From positions 1 to 64,000 of the forward strand of contig CAXXWX010000012.1 in the NCBI GenBank assembly GCA_963675745.2: a DNA stretch of 64,000 nt, read 5' to 3'. The DNA is from Phycisphaerae bacterium. Lineage in GTDB: Bacteria; Planctomycetota; Phycisphaerae; UBA1845; Fen-1342. Below the pieces are notes generated by a model that worked only from the letters and a program-made list of their open reading frames with translations, had not been told where the DNA came from and did no database searches. Position 1 is the stretch's first letter, and every line of letters begins with the position of its first letter. The position numbers and the translations under genes were made by a program. Below, piece after piece: positions 1 to 10,589 of the stretch.

Positions 1-142
1 CGGACATTGCGGTGCTGTGGGTTGGCATGCAAAGGACACCGGCAGGGGAATGCGGCTTATCGGCCTCCTGCGAAATCGCAGTCGGCGTCGGCCCCGCGAG
101 GATAACCACGGTGAAGAGGAGTAGCTGTACGCGCAAATGCAT
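1..142 (-). CDS. N-terminus of a probable secreted protein (runs off the left edge)
   Basis: ATG at 142 preceded by GGAG; translates MHLRVQLLLFTVVILAGPTPTAISQEADK..., which is signal-peptide-like, with no stop before base 1. Not in the ORF track. Confidence 0.55.
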   Translation of the reverse strand, partial: MHLRVQLLLFTVVILAGPTPTAISQEADKPHSPAGVLCMPTHSTAMS

Positions 143-184
143 GGTGGCTCCGTTGCTCCATTCTGATTGTCGCACTATTCCCTT

Positions 185-210
185 TTGTCACCAATCGACG
201 GCTGCGGACA
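185..210 (-). promoter_or_regulatory. Putative ECF promoter TGTCCGCA-N13-GACAA driving the leftward gene
   Basis: Near-identical bipartite motif to the one at 238-264 on the opposite strand. Confidence 0.5.
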
Positions 211-237
211 GAAAAATCCCGCTTCGGCTCGATTTCT

Positions 238-264
238 TGTCCGCATGGCGTCGGCGTCCGACAA
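238..264 (+). promoter_or_regulatory. Putative autoregulatory ECF promoter TGTCCGCA-N14-GACAA
   Basis: Lies 21 bp upstream of the ECF start; mirrored by the divergent copy at 185-210. Confidence 0.5.
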
Positions 265-285
265 TAAGCGAGAGAGGCGATCCTG

Positions 286-870
286 GTGAGTGTGGACAGC
301 GGACAATCTGAGTGGCTCACGCCGACGCCAGCGGTCGAGCCGCGGGCTCTGTTCGAGATTCTGGTGCGCGAGAACGCGGACTCGCTGACAGCATTCCTGC
401 GGGCATCGCTCGACGATGCGGCCGCGGTCGATGATCTTTTTCAGGACACCATGCTGACAGCTTGGCGCAGGCTCAACGACTATGGCCGCGACCGTCCGTT
501 CGGCGCCTGGCTGCGCGGCATCGCGAAACGCCTGTTGCTTGCACATTATCGCAAGGCTGCCCGCGAGATGCCCGCTCCCATCGAGCGGGTGCTCGACCAT
601 CTCGATCAACGCTTGGCGCAAGTGAACCGCCAATCCGGCGACACATTCGACGAGAAAATCTCCGCCTTGAGAGACTGTGTCGATCGATTGTCACATTCGT
701 ATCGTGAACCGATCGACTGGCATTATCGCGGATGCAAGACAACCGCGTGGATCGCCGATCACATGGCGACAACCAAGGACGCGATCCAGAAGCGTCTCCA
801 ACGAGCGCGCCTCCAGCTGGCGGAATGTCTGGAACGGAAGGCGGTACTGGACGCGAAGGCTAGAGCATGA
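286..870 (+). CDS. ECF RNA polymerase sigma factor
   Basis: 194 aa; region 2 (AVDDLFQDT...AW...FGAWLRGIA) and region 4 (IADHMATTKDAIQKRLQRARLQL). Confidence 0.9.
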   Translation: MSVDSGQSEWLTPTPAVEPRALFEILVRENADSLTAFLRASLDDAAAVDDLFQDTMLTAWRRLNDYGRDRPFGAWLRGIAKRLLLAHYRKAAREMPAPIERVLDHLDQRLAQVNRQSGDTFDEKISALRDCVDRLSHSYREPIDWHYRGCKTTAWIADHMATTKDAIQKRLQRARLQLAECLERKAVLDAKARA

Positions 871-1775
871 TGACAGGGCCGCACGAGATTCCACCTGATG
901 TTGTCGCCGAACGAATTGCCGACGAGCAACTCGTTCATGCCCTCCTATTGCATATCCATGATGCGGACGGCGCAGCGCGTCGGGAAGCACGTCTGCAGCG
1001 CGCCATGCAAGCCATACGGGCGAACGCACCGGCGCTACGCGACCGACGACGGCGAATACCTGTCGTCCTGAGGCGGGGATCATGGGCTGCTGCCGCAGGG
1101 ATTCTGATCATCGCGGGCGTCCACGTATTCACCAGCAGCACAACGCCGGCCATGGCCTCCATCAACGCCATGATCGACGCCCTTAACCGCCCGGGCGACC
1201 GAACTTACCGCGTCCGTGTGACACCTCGAGACGGATTGAATCGTCCGGGATTGGATGGTGCAACGCTGTATCTGCGCGATGGGCAGCAGTTCCTGTTGGC
1301 CCGGATCGACCCCAGGGGTGGGGAGTTGTTTGATGGATTTGACGGCCAAGAGAGCTGGCGCGTTCGCGCTGGCGAGGTCGTAGAATCACAGGATGGGCCG
1401 GGGGCGGGCCGAATCCCACTGCCCCAGATTATGGCCGAGGTGCCGTTTACCGACCTCCGGCGGACGCTGGAGCGCATCCACGGAGACTACTCAATAGAGC
1501 GACCGGACGGGGGACCATTGCGCCCCGCAGAAAAGCCCCTGATGCACATTCGTGCCAAGCGCAACTCCCCCGCCGTGAAGGGACCCCCAACGATCGAAAT
1601 CTGGGCCGACCCCCAAACCGGACTGCCACGCCGCATCGTGTTCCGCGAGGCGAAGTTCCAAGGGAGCCAGCGCCCCCGGCTGTTGGAACTGGAACTCACG
1701 ACCGAAGCCAATCTGCCGGAAGATTGGTTTTCACCTTCCGCACACGTCCAAAACGTGGCTGAGGGGCGCCCCTGA
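867..1775 (+). CDS. Putative membrane-anchored anti-sigma factor with a LolA-like periplasmic domain
   Basis: ATGA overlap with the sigma gene; short N-terminal domain, one TM segment (WAAAAGILIIAGVHVF), beta-rich C-terminus (IEIWADPQTGLPRRI). Confidence 0.6.
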   Translation: MMTGPHEIPPDVVAERIADEQLVHALLLHIHDADGAARREARLQRAMQAIRANAPALRDRRRRIPVVLRRGSWAAAAGILIIAGVHVFTSSTTPAMASINAMIDALNRPGDRTYRVRVTPRDGLNRPGLDGATLYLRDGQQFLLARIDPRGGELFDGFDGQESWRVRAGEVVESQDGPGAGRIPLPQIMAEVPFTDLRRTLERIHGDYSIERPDGGPLRPAEKPLMHIRAKRNSPAVKGPPTIEIWADPQTGLPRRIVFREAKFQGSQRPRLLELELTTEANLPEDWFSPSAHVQNVAEGRP

Positions 1776-1918
1776 ATTCAGGTTCGCATGTATTGCGGTG
1801 CCGGTGGAAGTGACAGTCGCGATTTTCGCCGCGTTGTGCGATGGAACATGCAGATCACGTCGTCCTCCCTGGGGCTGTCGTGCCGCATCCAGGATTCGGG
1901 CGGCGTCATTTCCAACCC

Positions 1919-1951
1919 CCACCGGCGAACTGAAATCGCCGGTGGATTTCT
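1919..1951 (+). terminator. Possible intrinsic terminator
   Basis: Perfect 10-bp stem CCACCGGCGA/TCGCCGGTGG followed by ATTTCT, downstream of the sigma/anti-sigma operon. Confidence 0.4.
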
Positions 1952-2355
1952 GCCGCTAGATGGAGGGAGGTCTTTCGAATCGAAGCAACTGGACACGGTT
2001 AGAACTTTTTGCGGCAGGGGCGTCCGGCCTCCCACAGCGAGTCGCCGAAGCGTTACTGGCGGCATGACAAGAGTGTAGCAGACGTCTTGGATGTCTTCCC
2101 AGATGGCCGCGAAGCTGAAATCGCCCCCGGTTGGAACTACGCGGGACACCGATCGTGTCGGGGCCGGTGGAGCCGGAGCAGATGAGCGAGGCCTGCCGGA
2201 CGTCGAAGCGGCGCTGAAGACGGATGCGGAGACTGTAGATCGGTCCGAATGATCAACTGTTGACCAACTCCGGAATCCGGCATTCGCTATGGGCTCTCTC
2301 TCAAGCGAGAACGCCCGGACTCGTAAGCCCAGGCCTCGCAAGCAGTTCCATCAGA

Positions 2356-2398
2356 AGGCTGGCGATCGGATTCGAATCGACGACGTCCAGCTTGGGAA
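2356..2398 (-). other. Degenerate 3' half of tRNA-Gly(CCC), att-core-like
   Basis: Reverse complement reads TTCCCAA GCTGG ACGTC GTCGA TTCGAAT CCGAT CGCCAGC, i.e. anticodon loop, anticodon stem 3' strand, variable loop, T-arm and acceptor 3' strand. The 5' half is absent. Confidence 0.75.
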
Positions 2399-2592
2399 TT
2401 CGGTGCTCGGCGCGCAAGTGGCTATGGCGCGTGCACTTACAGCGCGTTTTTCGGCCAAAAACGAGGGTTACAGCTGGCTCGCAAGTCACTGATAACTCGA
2501 TAACAAGTCACCACCAAGTGACGACTGACCAACTCGGTGACCAACTGGCTCGCCCGCCCTGCGTGCTAGGCATGTGTATGAGGGACACTTGT

Positions 2593-2823
2593 TCTAAACG
2601 CCGGTTGAATATTGCAGCGCCTGGCGGGTGAAAAGTGCAGCGCTGATGGGGAGAGGATACGAGTGGGGGTGAGGGTTGTCGAGGGGGAATCACGGGTCAG
2701 GATCTTGCGAGGAAGCTACGGGGGCGCAGCGGGCCTCTTCGGTGGAGGGGAAGAAGCCCCAGGAGGGGGTGTGGGGGAACCTGCGGAGCCGGTTCCCCCA
2801 CGGAGGGGGGTCTGGGGGGAGGA
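2593..2823. repeat. Extra diverged tandem copy of the IS21 right end
   Basis: TCTAAACGCCGGTTGAATATTGCAGCGCCTGGCGGGTGAAAAGTGCAGCGCTGATG starts at both 2593 and 2834, with ~230 bp of continuing similarity. Confidence 0.9.
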
Positions 2824-3140
2824 TTGCCATTGGTCTAAACGCCGGTTGAATATTGCAGCGCCTGGCGGGTGAAAAGTGCAGCGCTGATGTGGAGAGGATA
2901 AGAGTGGGGGTGAGGGCTGTCGAGGGGGGATTACGGGTTGGGATCTTGCGAGGAAGAGCTGCGGGGGCGCAGCGAAAGGCCTCCGTCGGTGGAGGGGAAG
3001 AAGCCCCAGGAGGGGGTTTAAGGGGGAACCTGCGGAGCCGGTTCCCCCTTGGGAGGGGGGTCTGGGGGAAGGTTTCAGGCGGCGGGCTGAGAGCCGAGCG
3101 ATGTACAACAGCGTGCCGCCCGTGGCGTGGTCAGCCCGAC

Positions 3141-3913
3141 CTACTTCCGTCGTCGTCGCCGTTTGGCGTCGGCGAGGCGATAGCTGGGGCCGTTGCACTC
3201 CAGGATATGGCAGCGGTGGGTGAGGCGATCGAGCGTGGCGCCGGTGAGCCGTTCGGAGCCGAGCACCTCGACCCAGTTCTCGAAGGGCAAGTTGGTAGTG
3301 ACGATCAGACTGGTGCGTTCGTAGGCGGTGCTGATAACGTCGAAGAGCAGCTCGGCCCCCAGCTTGCTGGCCGGGCACGTAGCCGAGTTCGTCGAGCACC
3401 AGCAGGTCCAGGCGAGACTGAGCTGCTTCTTTAGTCGGCCGAGTTCACGCTCCTCGCGGGCTTCCATCAACTGGGTGATCAACTCGGTGACGCGGAAGAA
3501 GCGAACGCGTTTGCCACGACCACACGCTTCGACGGCCAAGGCCGTGGCGACATGCGTCTTGCCCGTACCGGGATTGCCGACCAGCAGCAGGTTCTCGCGC
3601 TGGTCGATCCAGGCGCACAACGCATCAACTCGCCGACCAGCGTCTTGTTGATCGAGGGCTGGGCGGCGAAGTCGAAGTTCTCGAGCGTCTTGTAGGTCGG
3701 GAACCTGGCGGCCTTGAGCCGTCGTTCGGCGGCGCGCTTCTCGCGATCGATCAACTCCAGCTCGCACAGTTGCAGCAAGAAGCCCAGGTGGTCGACATTG
3801 TCGGTAGCGCAGCGGCCGGCGATCTTCTGGCACTCGGCCAGGATGGTCGGCAGCTTGAGCGCCTTGAGATGGTGCTGGAGGAGCACGAGGCTCTTGGTCT
3901 CAATCTTCTTCAT
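3141..3913 (-). pseudogene. istB: IS21 helper ATPase IstB, frameshifted
   Basis: LKALKLPT, KTLENFDF, Walker A GNPGTGKTH, LDELGY, IVTTNLPFENW and LDRLTHRCHIL are spread over several frames. Confidence 0.9.
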
Positions 3914-5425
3914 GACACCCCTCCTGCCAGGATGCGATAGGCGCCCAGGTCCGGCGATTGCACGTGCACCAGCTTCAGATGTGGGCGGTCATCCAAGATT
4001 GAACACGCCGACTGGCTGCTCACGGCGGCCTTCCAGGATGACCTGCACGGCGTCGACACTGAGGGCGTTGATCGCCAGGGTCTGTTCGATGGCGTCGGCC
4101 AGTTGCGGGATGGTCACCTTCTCCAGCAGCCGCAGGACCTTGATGTACTCGCGGGTGCCGTGGTGATCGAGATCCGCTTCCAGTCGGCGACGCAGGATGT
4201 CGAAGCAGGCCGGCAGCTGCCAACCTTCCAGTGGCCGGGCGAAGTCCAGTGCTCCCGGCTTGCGTTCCAGCAGCGCCAGGTAGTGGACCGGATCAAACTC
4301 GGTGTGTTCGCGGCCCCAGCAGCGGGGATGGGTCGCGGCCAGTTGATCGCGGCAGACGATTTTGACCTGATCGACGCCACCCACGATTGTGACAGTCCTG
4401 GTGCGCGTAGGCGGTCGGCACGGAGTAGCTGTTGCGATCGAAGCGGACCAGTGACGAGCGAATCGACCTGACCATGGGCCACGCGGCGGGCCTCGAACGG
4501 CTGCTGGGGCAGGTTCCGCAGCGTCGGCCGCTCTTCTTCGAGCAACACCGCCTTGGTCGCCGTGCCTGGCCGCGCAGGCGACGCTCCAGATCGGCCCGGC
4601 AACGCTGTTCCGGAGCTCATCGTTGAGCGTCTCCAGACTGGCAGTCCGCGGCACGGGCACCAGGAAATTGCGGCGCGTGAAGCCCACCAGGCCTTCGACC
4701 TGGCCCTTCTCGTTGGGCCGGCCGACCAGGCAGAAGTGACTCGTCGAACAGGTAATGGCTCTGCAGGCGCAGGAAGTCACGTGTCAGCTCCCGCTTCCGC
4801 TGGGCCGACGATCTTCTTGATGGCCGTCCTGGTGTTGTCGTAGGCTGATCCGTCGGGGTACATGCCGCCGAAGAACTCGAAGGCCCGGCGATGACCGTCC
4901 AGGAAGGTCTCGCTGCACTCGCGGGGGTACACGCAGCAGAAGACGGCGTCACTGTACATCAGCGTCATCACGAAGAGGGCCACCTTGAATCTGTTCGCCA
5001 TTGAGCAGATCACGTAGGCGTAGCCGAAGTCGACCTGGGCCTCACCGGGCCGGTGGATCAGTGGCATGTACGCCTCGGCGTGCTGCTTACGCCAGGCCCG
5101 CACGGCATCCTTGATGATGGTGTAGCCGCCATCGTAGCCGTGCTCGGCCTGCAGGCGGTCGAAGATGCGTTTGGCGGTGTGGCGTTGCTTGCGTGGCGCC
5201 TGCTGGTCCTGCTTCAGAATCTCGTGGATGATCGGCAGGAACGGTTCGAGCTTGGGCTTGCGCCGCGGCCCGGCCCGCCGATAACCCGGCGGCTCGGGAT
5301 GTTCCAGGATCTTCGTGAGCGTGTGCCAGTGCAGGCTGTACTCGCGGCAGGCCTGCCGCTTGCTGAGTCCCTCTGCCAGTACGCGTCGTCGGATCGTCGG
5401 TCCAGAGTTGCATGTCGGTGTACAC
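3910..5425 (-). pseudogene. istA: IS21 transposase IstA, frameshifted
   Basis: MYTDMQLWT..., HTAKRIFDRL, PGEAQVDFG, YDN, NEKGQVEGLVG and VRFDRNSYSVP across frames; ATGA overlap with istB. Confidence 0.9.
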
Positions 5426-5662
5426 CCTCGGGGACCTCGCCGGAGGCTGGCTTCGACGTGACCCCTCCGGAGTCCACCTGCGACTCCATCAGAAGCCCAC
5501 CATCGTCGCCGCCACCCGGCCGGCCGGCCAGGGCGCTGCACTTTTCAACCGACCACCGGCAACCCCACAGGCGCTGCACTTTTCAACCGGCGTTCATACT
5601 CACCCGGTCAGTGAACCGACCGTGCCCTATTGGGCTCCGCGGAGGACGATAAAGCAGACCCC

Positions 5663-5915
5663 TCGCTAAAACTTTTGGCGAAGCCCTTGCCCCACCGGGC
5701 AGGAGAAGCTTTACGAAAGGCGGTCCACGTTACTGTCGTGGACCGCTCGATAAAGCTTCTGGCGTTAGCCCACCTGCCCGGCGGGGAAAGCTTTACGAAA
5801 AGCGGTCCGCGTTGTTGCCGCGGACCGCTCGATAAAGCTTTAGGCGTCAGCCGACCCGACCAGGGGAAAAGTTTTACGATTGGCGGTCTGCGTCGAACTC
5901 CGCGGAGATCGATCG
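5663..5915. repeat. Tandem ~82-bp palindromic repeat array (about 3 units)
   Basis: AAG(C/T)TTTACGA at 5706, 5788 and 5869; TCGATAAAGCTT..GGCGT(T/C)AGCC at 5747 and 5829, degenerate at 5663; the two full units each contain a perfect 10-bp hairpin. Confidence 0.85.
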
Positions 5916-6219
5916 ACTTACTCTCTGCTTACCTGCATCCTCTCCCCATTTCTCCTTTAATTCGGATTTGGGCACGCCGCGCAACGCGTTGCATGAACGG
6001 AGCTTGAGACAATCTGCCCTTTGGGAATATGGCACTCTGGCCGGATGCCGAAGTCGATTTGAGCCACCGTGGGGGGCCACTTATGGCACCCTCGCTACGT
6101 ATTTAGGGTACCTGTGAACATCATTCCCAGGAGAGACGCTTCCGTGCGGAACAGGTAGCGACTCCCCGGGGGTGGCGTCCCCGCTCATCGGCTCCGTGGC
6201 GAGGATGCGGTGTGCTCAA

Positions 6220-7138
6220 TCAGGAAGAGGGATGGCTCGGAGATTGACGAGGTAGCTGGCTGCCCAGAATGGAGATCTCGGACTGACCGAGCTTGCCCCC
6301 GGCTCGCCATATGGCGGACCACACACCGCAGGTCAGCATGTTTTCGCGGTCCGCGACAAGGACAAAGTCGGCCGTTCCAACATCACGCAGCAGGCGCGAG
6401 ATAGCGGCTGCCCGGGCCCGCGTACCAGCCAACATCAGCACTCGGAAGCGGCGTAGCTGGCAATCCCAGATCTTCTCGTACCGCTTGTACACGTCGCATC
6501 CGTAGTACGCCTGGTACGTAGCCAACTTGTGCCACAGCGCGCCGCGATGCCCCCGCGGGGCTCGTCACCGGCTCCGAGCCCGTGTCAATCTCGACGAAGA
6601 AGAGCAGCGTCTTCTTTAGTGTGGCGTGACTGAGGGCCAGCACGCCATCTGGAATGAGAGAGCATTCGCGTCCTTCCGGCGCGCGAAATCGATCAAAGGT
6701 GATTGGCCTGCCCTGCGCCCAGGTCGGTAGAAAGGGCGAGGTGGACGACAAAAAGCGCACCGACAATTCTGTGTGCATGCGCGGTATCTGCGACAGCTGT
6801 GCACGCAACTCGTTCATCATCGTCAGGTGCCGGAGGTGCCGGTCCGCCGGTCGGGTGGCGCGTTCAGTCGGTGCGCGCGGATCCAGGATTCCACGGTCCT
6901 TCAGCAGATCAACGCCGGCGGCCGAGACCGAGATCATTCGCTCAGGGCGACCGCGGGGAGCGCGCTGATATCGTCGGTCGGCGACCAATAGCCCCAGGTC
7001 AATCAGCGCAGCCAAGCGCCTCCGTAACGCACGTACGTTTCGACTTCGAATGGTGGCGAGCATGAGCGCCGTCAAGACACGGTGCTCCGCCAGCGTCTCC
7101 ATCAGCTCCAAGTCTCGTCGCGTTACCTTCGCATCCAC
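6220..7138 (-). pseudogene. Replication-relaxation (Replic_Relax) family protein with one frameshift near 6540
   Basis: N-terminal winged HTH (TRRDLELMETLAEHRVLT...RRRLAAL), LRHLTMMNE, LIPDG...FFVEIDTGSE; the C-terminus KLATYQAY...FRVL continues in the 6220..6525 frame. Confidence 0.75.
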
Positions 7139-7289
7139 TGGGCCGCTCCTCGGGATTATGGACAGTCTGTACCGGCATGTCCCAGGAGAAAGCGGCTCTG
7201 TAGATCACTCGATTTCAGTGCGCTTCGGCGGACGCCAGCGTAAAGACGGATGATCACGATCGGTCCGGCGGCAGGCTGCAGGGTATAGC

Positions 7290-9160
7290 TTATGCTGCTG
7301 GCATGCTCGTGGCGCGCAGAATATGGACGCGCCCACCCTCGTCACCGCCAATCACCGTTGGGCCGTCCGGCGTGATAGCGCAGCAGCGCATGGAATGATC
7401 CCCATAGAAGCAAGCGACCTGGGCCGCGTTCGCCAGAGTCCCATAGCCGAAGCGTGCGGTCCCACGACGCTGACACAACCCACTTTCCATCGGGTGATGC
7501 TGCGACGGACGAGATCACATCGGTATGGCCCTGTCAGGCACGCGATTTGCTCTCCGCTGTCGGCATCCCAGACTCTCAGCGTCCTGTCCGTCGAAACGGA
7601 GACCAGTCGCGCTGACCCGGGCACGTGTGCCATATCCATCAGCTCATGCGCGTGGGCTCTGATTGCCAAGACCTGTTTGGCTGTCTCAAGATCCCACACG
7701 CGTATCGAGCCTTCCGATCCGGCCGACGCAATACGGCGCTCATCCGGTAGAACCACCATGGTACGAATATCGCCTTCGTGCTGCGCGATCACACGATGAC
7801 CGGCGGCACCATCCACCCTCCAGGCGTAGGCCGATGTGCCGGCCGCCAGTAGCACCTGCCGACCGTCCGGGGTCAGCAAGACGGCGCGTGGCAAGTGTGT
7901 TTCACCGCCGCAAGTAAGCGACCGCAATCGCTCTCCCGATGCTACGTTCCACTCTTCAACGCCGCTGCGGACGCCAACGTAGGCCGACTGGCCATCCCCC
8001 GACACAGCGAGGCCCCGGTACTCATCCCCTGCGTTCCCAAACCGCCGTAACGGGGAAATACTCTCAGCGATTCCAGACTGCAATCGTCCCTCCACGACCC
8101 GCCGTCAGCAGTTCGCCTTCTCCGGCCCTGAATGCCATGCCGGTGACTTCGTCCAGAGCCCCCCAGCCTGGTGACGCGTTTCCAGATCCGTCCGCAGGGC
8201 TCCAGAAGCCCACTTCTCCCATTTTCGCTCCAGTCGCGACACATCCGCCGTCCGGCGAGATCACGATCTGTTCGATGCGGCTCGAACCGCGGCGTCCTCC
8301 GTTCGAGGTCCCAGATCCCGCAAGCTCGGCAAATCTGACGCGCGACTCTTTTTCACATGTCGTTAGAACGGTATTGCCGTCCCCGCATAGCATGACCGCC
8401 GACACATCCCCGGCCTCAACCGACACACATCGCCGTTCGTCCCAACTGGCGGTGTCCACAGTCGCAACATTAGGTCACTTCCGACCGACGCAGCATGCTT
8501 ACCATCGCGCGTCACTGCAACGGCCCTGATGCCACCGTAATGCGCCACGAGCGATTTGATCAGTTTGCCATTCATAACGTCCCATACCTGAAGGCCTCCC
8601 GTACTCCCACCTACCAGGTACACGTGTGCCGGCGCGACAGCGGTGCAACAGGCAGAACCAGAGATCCCACACTTCACCTCGATGATCGGCTCTGCGTTCA
8701 CTAAGTCCCACGTTGTCAGCACGCCGCCTCTGGATACGGTGAGCACGGTGTGGCTATCACCGATCCAAGATACGGCTGTTACCCAATTGCGATGCCCGAG
8801 AGAGTACACTCTCCTGTCCTCCTGGCGTTGTCCCAAACGAACGTTGTTCCTGACCAGCTGCCGAAGGCGAAAAACCGTTCGTCATTGCTGACTGCAACCG
8901 ACAGGACCGCAGAGTCGCGCGTTGTCCACTCAGAAATCATACTGCCGGCGACAAGGTCCCACTCCCTGATCACGCCATCGTCAGATCCTGTCACGGCACG
9001 CGTTCCCTCGTCAAACACCGCAATTGCGGAAGTCGATTTGTTCGGGCCGTATCCAGTCGACAGTATCCGACCGGTCGCAACCTCACATACTGAGATGATC
9101 CCCTTATGCCCCCAAGTACCGCGGCTACGGCTGCGAGGATGCAGCCGTGCAACCGTTTTG
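7290..9160 (-). pseudogene. WD40-repeat protein, multiply frameshifted, N-terminus unclear
   Basis: Repeated GH/AH...WD units (GSDDGVIREWD, GGVLTTWD, GSEGSIRVWD, STDRTLRVWD) over about five ORF fragments; C-terminal [16 protein letters not shown]...[10 protein letters not shown]. Confidence 0.8.
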
Positions 9161-9248
9161 TGATCCAAGTTGTCGTGTTCGTCATCACGACGCCCGTTAA
9201 GTGAGTTGCAAACCAGGAAAACCAGATTCACTCGAAAGGAGTGCAGCG

Positions 9249-9551
9249 ATGCCGTATTCAACAGCCAACCAGCCGTTCAAGGAGTTTCGCGCCCGTGGAC
9301 TCACGGTCACCATCTGGCAGAACGAAAGTACCACGCGCGATGGGCAACCAATCATGCGGCACAGTGTTACGCTCAACAAGCGGTACCGGGACCAGCAGAC
9401 CGGCGAATGGAAGGATAGCAACTCGTTCTTCCCGGACGACCTGCCGCGCCTTCGGCTGTTGATCGAGAAGGCCTACGAGTTGATCCTCCTAACGCCCCGC
9501 CAAGACACCGAGCCTTCTGAACGGAATGGTATCGATACGTCGACAGAGTGA
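9249..9551 (+). CDS. Small mobile-element protein, possibly ssDNA-binding
   Basis: AAAGGA RBS; pattern TIWQN...SVTLNKRYRD..GEWKDSNSF..DDLP resembles small SSB/PC4-like proteins. Confidence 0.55.
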   Translation: MPYSTANQPFKEFRARGLTVTIWQNESTTRDGQPIMRHSVTLNKRYRDQQTGEWKDSNSFFPDDLPRLRLLIEKAYELILLTPRQDTEPSERNGIDTSTE

Positions 9552-9814
9552 GGAAGCCAGAAGTGCCCGCGCTACCCGCCAGCACCGCTCGAGATTCGGG
9601 AGACGGCTTCGTCAACCAGGCGGAACTCGCCCGGCGACTTGAACTCCACCCGCGCACCGTGCGTCGGATGGTTGAGCGAGGCGAGCTCCCGAAGCCCTGC
9701 CTGAGCACGGGCGGACGCCCGCGCTGGCTGTGGGACTACGTTGTCGAGTTCTGCCGTAAGCGTCACGAACGCGAAGCCGGTGTCGACCGGAAGCTGCGCA
9801 ACAAGACCAAGTAG
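9548..9814 (+). CDS. AlpA/excisionase-like helix-turn-helix protein
   Basis: VNQAELARRLELHPRTVRRMVERGELPKP...RW; GTGA overlap with the upstream gene; hairpin at 9839-9874 follows. Confidence 0.8.
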   Translation: MRKPEVPALPASTARDSGDGFVNQAELARRLELHPRTVRRMVERGELPKPCLSTGGRPRWLWDYVVEFCRKRHEREAGVDRKLRNKTK

Positions 9815-9893
9815 CGGTCGTGTGCACCGCAAATCGAAGGCGCCACCGGAGGCGTCTGTTCCACCGGTGGCGCCGTTCCCTGTATCTCGATGA

Positions 9894-10419
9894 TCAGAAC
9901 AGCGACTCGAGACCGCCAACCGATCGTCCGAGTTCGGCCAGCGTCGCCGGCACTGGCAGGTCCTCAGCATCGTCAACGTGGACCGCACTCCTGCCGATAA
10001 GCGCCATTTCGATCATCACTCGCGCTCTCACCGAGTCCTCGTAGGTCAACCGCTCTGGCACTTCCTCTTCGGCCCGCGAGGGGAACTGCGCCGGCTGGCG
10101 GGGCGGTTCGGCACCAGGACGGGCGATTGCCGGTTCGTAGGGCGCATACAGCCCAGCCCCCGGCATCCCGTAGTAGTGATGGTCCTCGGTCGGTTCGTTA
10201 TACGCTCGATGGAGCGGGCCTTCCCCGCGCTTGCGTACGCCGGAACGGTGGATCGTAACCCGGACCCATGAGATTCGCTTCCAGTGGACTCAGGGAGCCG
10301 AGCGGTTCAGACGTGTCCCGGTGATAGCCTTGATGGCGGTCTAGCATGGGCATGCCTTGGCTGCGAAAGTCGTAGTTCCGTGGGTCGAGATCGGATCGAC
10401 GCATCGACTTATCTCCCAA
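9894..10419 (-). pseudogene. Hypothetical protein, apparently frameshifted
   Basis: Two consecutive same-strand ORF pieces (10198..10419 and 9894..10166) downstream of the integrase; no recognisable motif. Confidence 0.3.
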
Positions 10420-10589
10420 GGCTCGTGGGCGGACTGACGGATTTCGACACAGCGTCTCCCGTCAACCAACAGGCGGCTGTTCCGGGGAGGCGATTTCAGT
10501 TCACTACGCCCGCAATCCCTGCGGTCTGCAGGTTTGCGACGACAGGCAGGGGATCGCCGCCACCGACTGGAGGTGCCTGCTCCTGCCCG

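Larger units (their letters stand above)
2834..5598 (-). mobile_element. IS21-family insertion sequence
   Basis: istA-istB; terminal inverted repeats T(C/A)T(A/G)AACGCCGGTTGAA at 2834 and 5598; internal repeats GCGCTGCACTTTTCAACCG at 5533 and 5571. No target-site duplication seen. Confidence 0.9.

Noticed and set aside
1778..2341. 187-aa minus-strand ORF
   Set aside because: No recognisable motif, low-complexity composition, and it overlaps the att-like site.
2356..2430. Functional tRNA-Gly gene
   Set aside because: The 5' half (acceptor strand and D-arm) is missing and the T-stem has a mismatch.
5663..5915. CRISPR array or integron attC array
   Set aside because: No unique spacers of CRISPR length. 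GTTAGCC is present, but there is no complementary RYYYAAC box, no cassette ORFs and no evidence that the integrase is IntI-type.
1927..10502. 14-bp inverted match GAACTGAAATCGCC at 1927 and 10489
   Set aside because: Matches of this length are expected by chance in 64 kb, and they mark no boundary.
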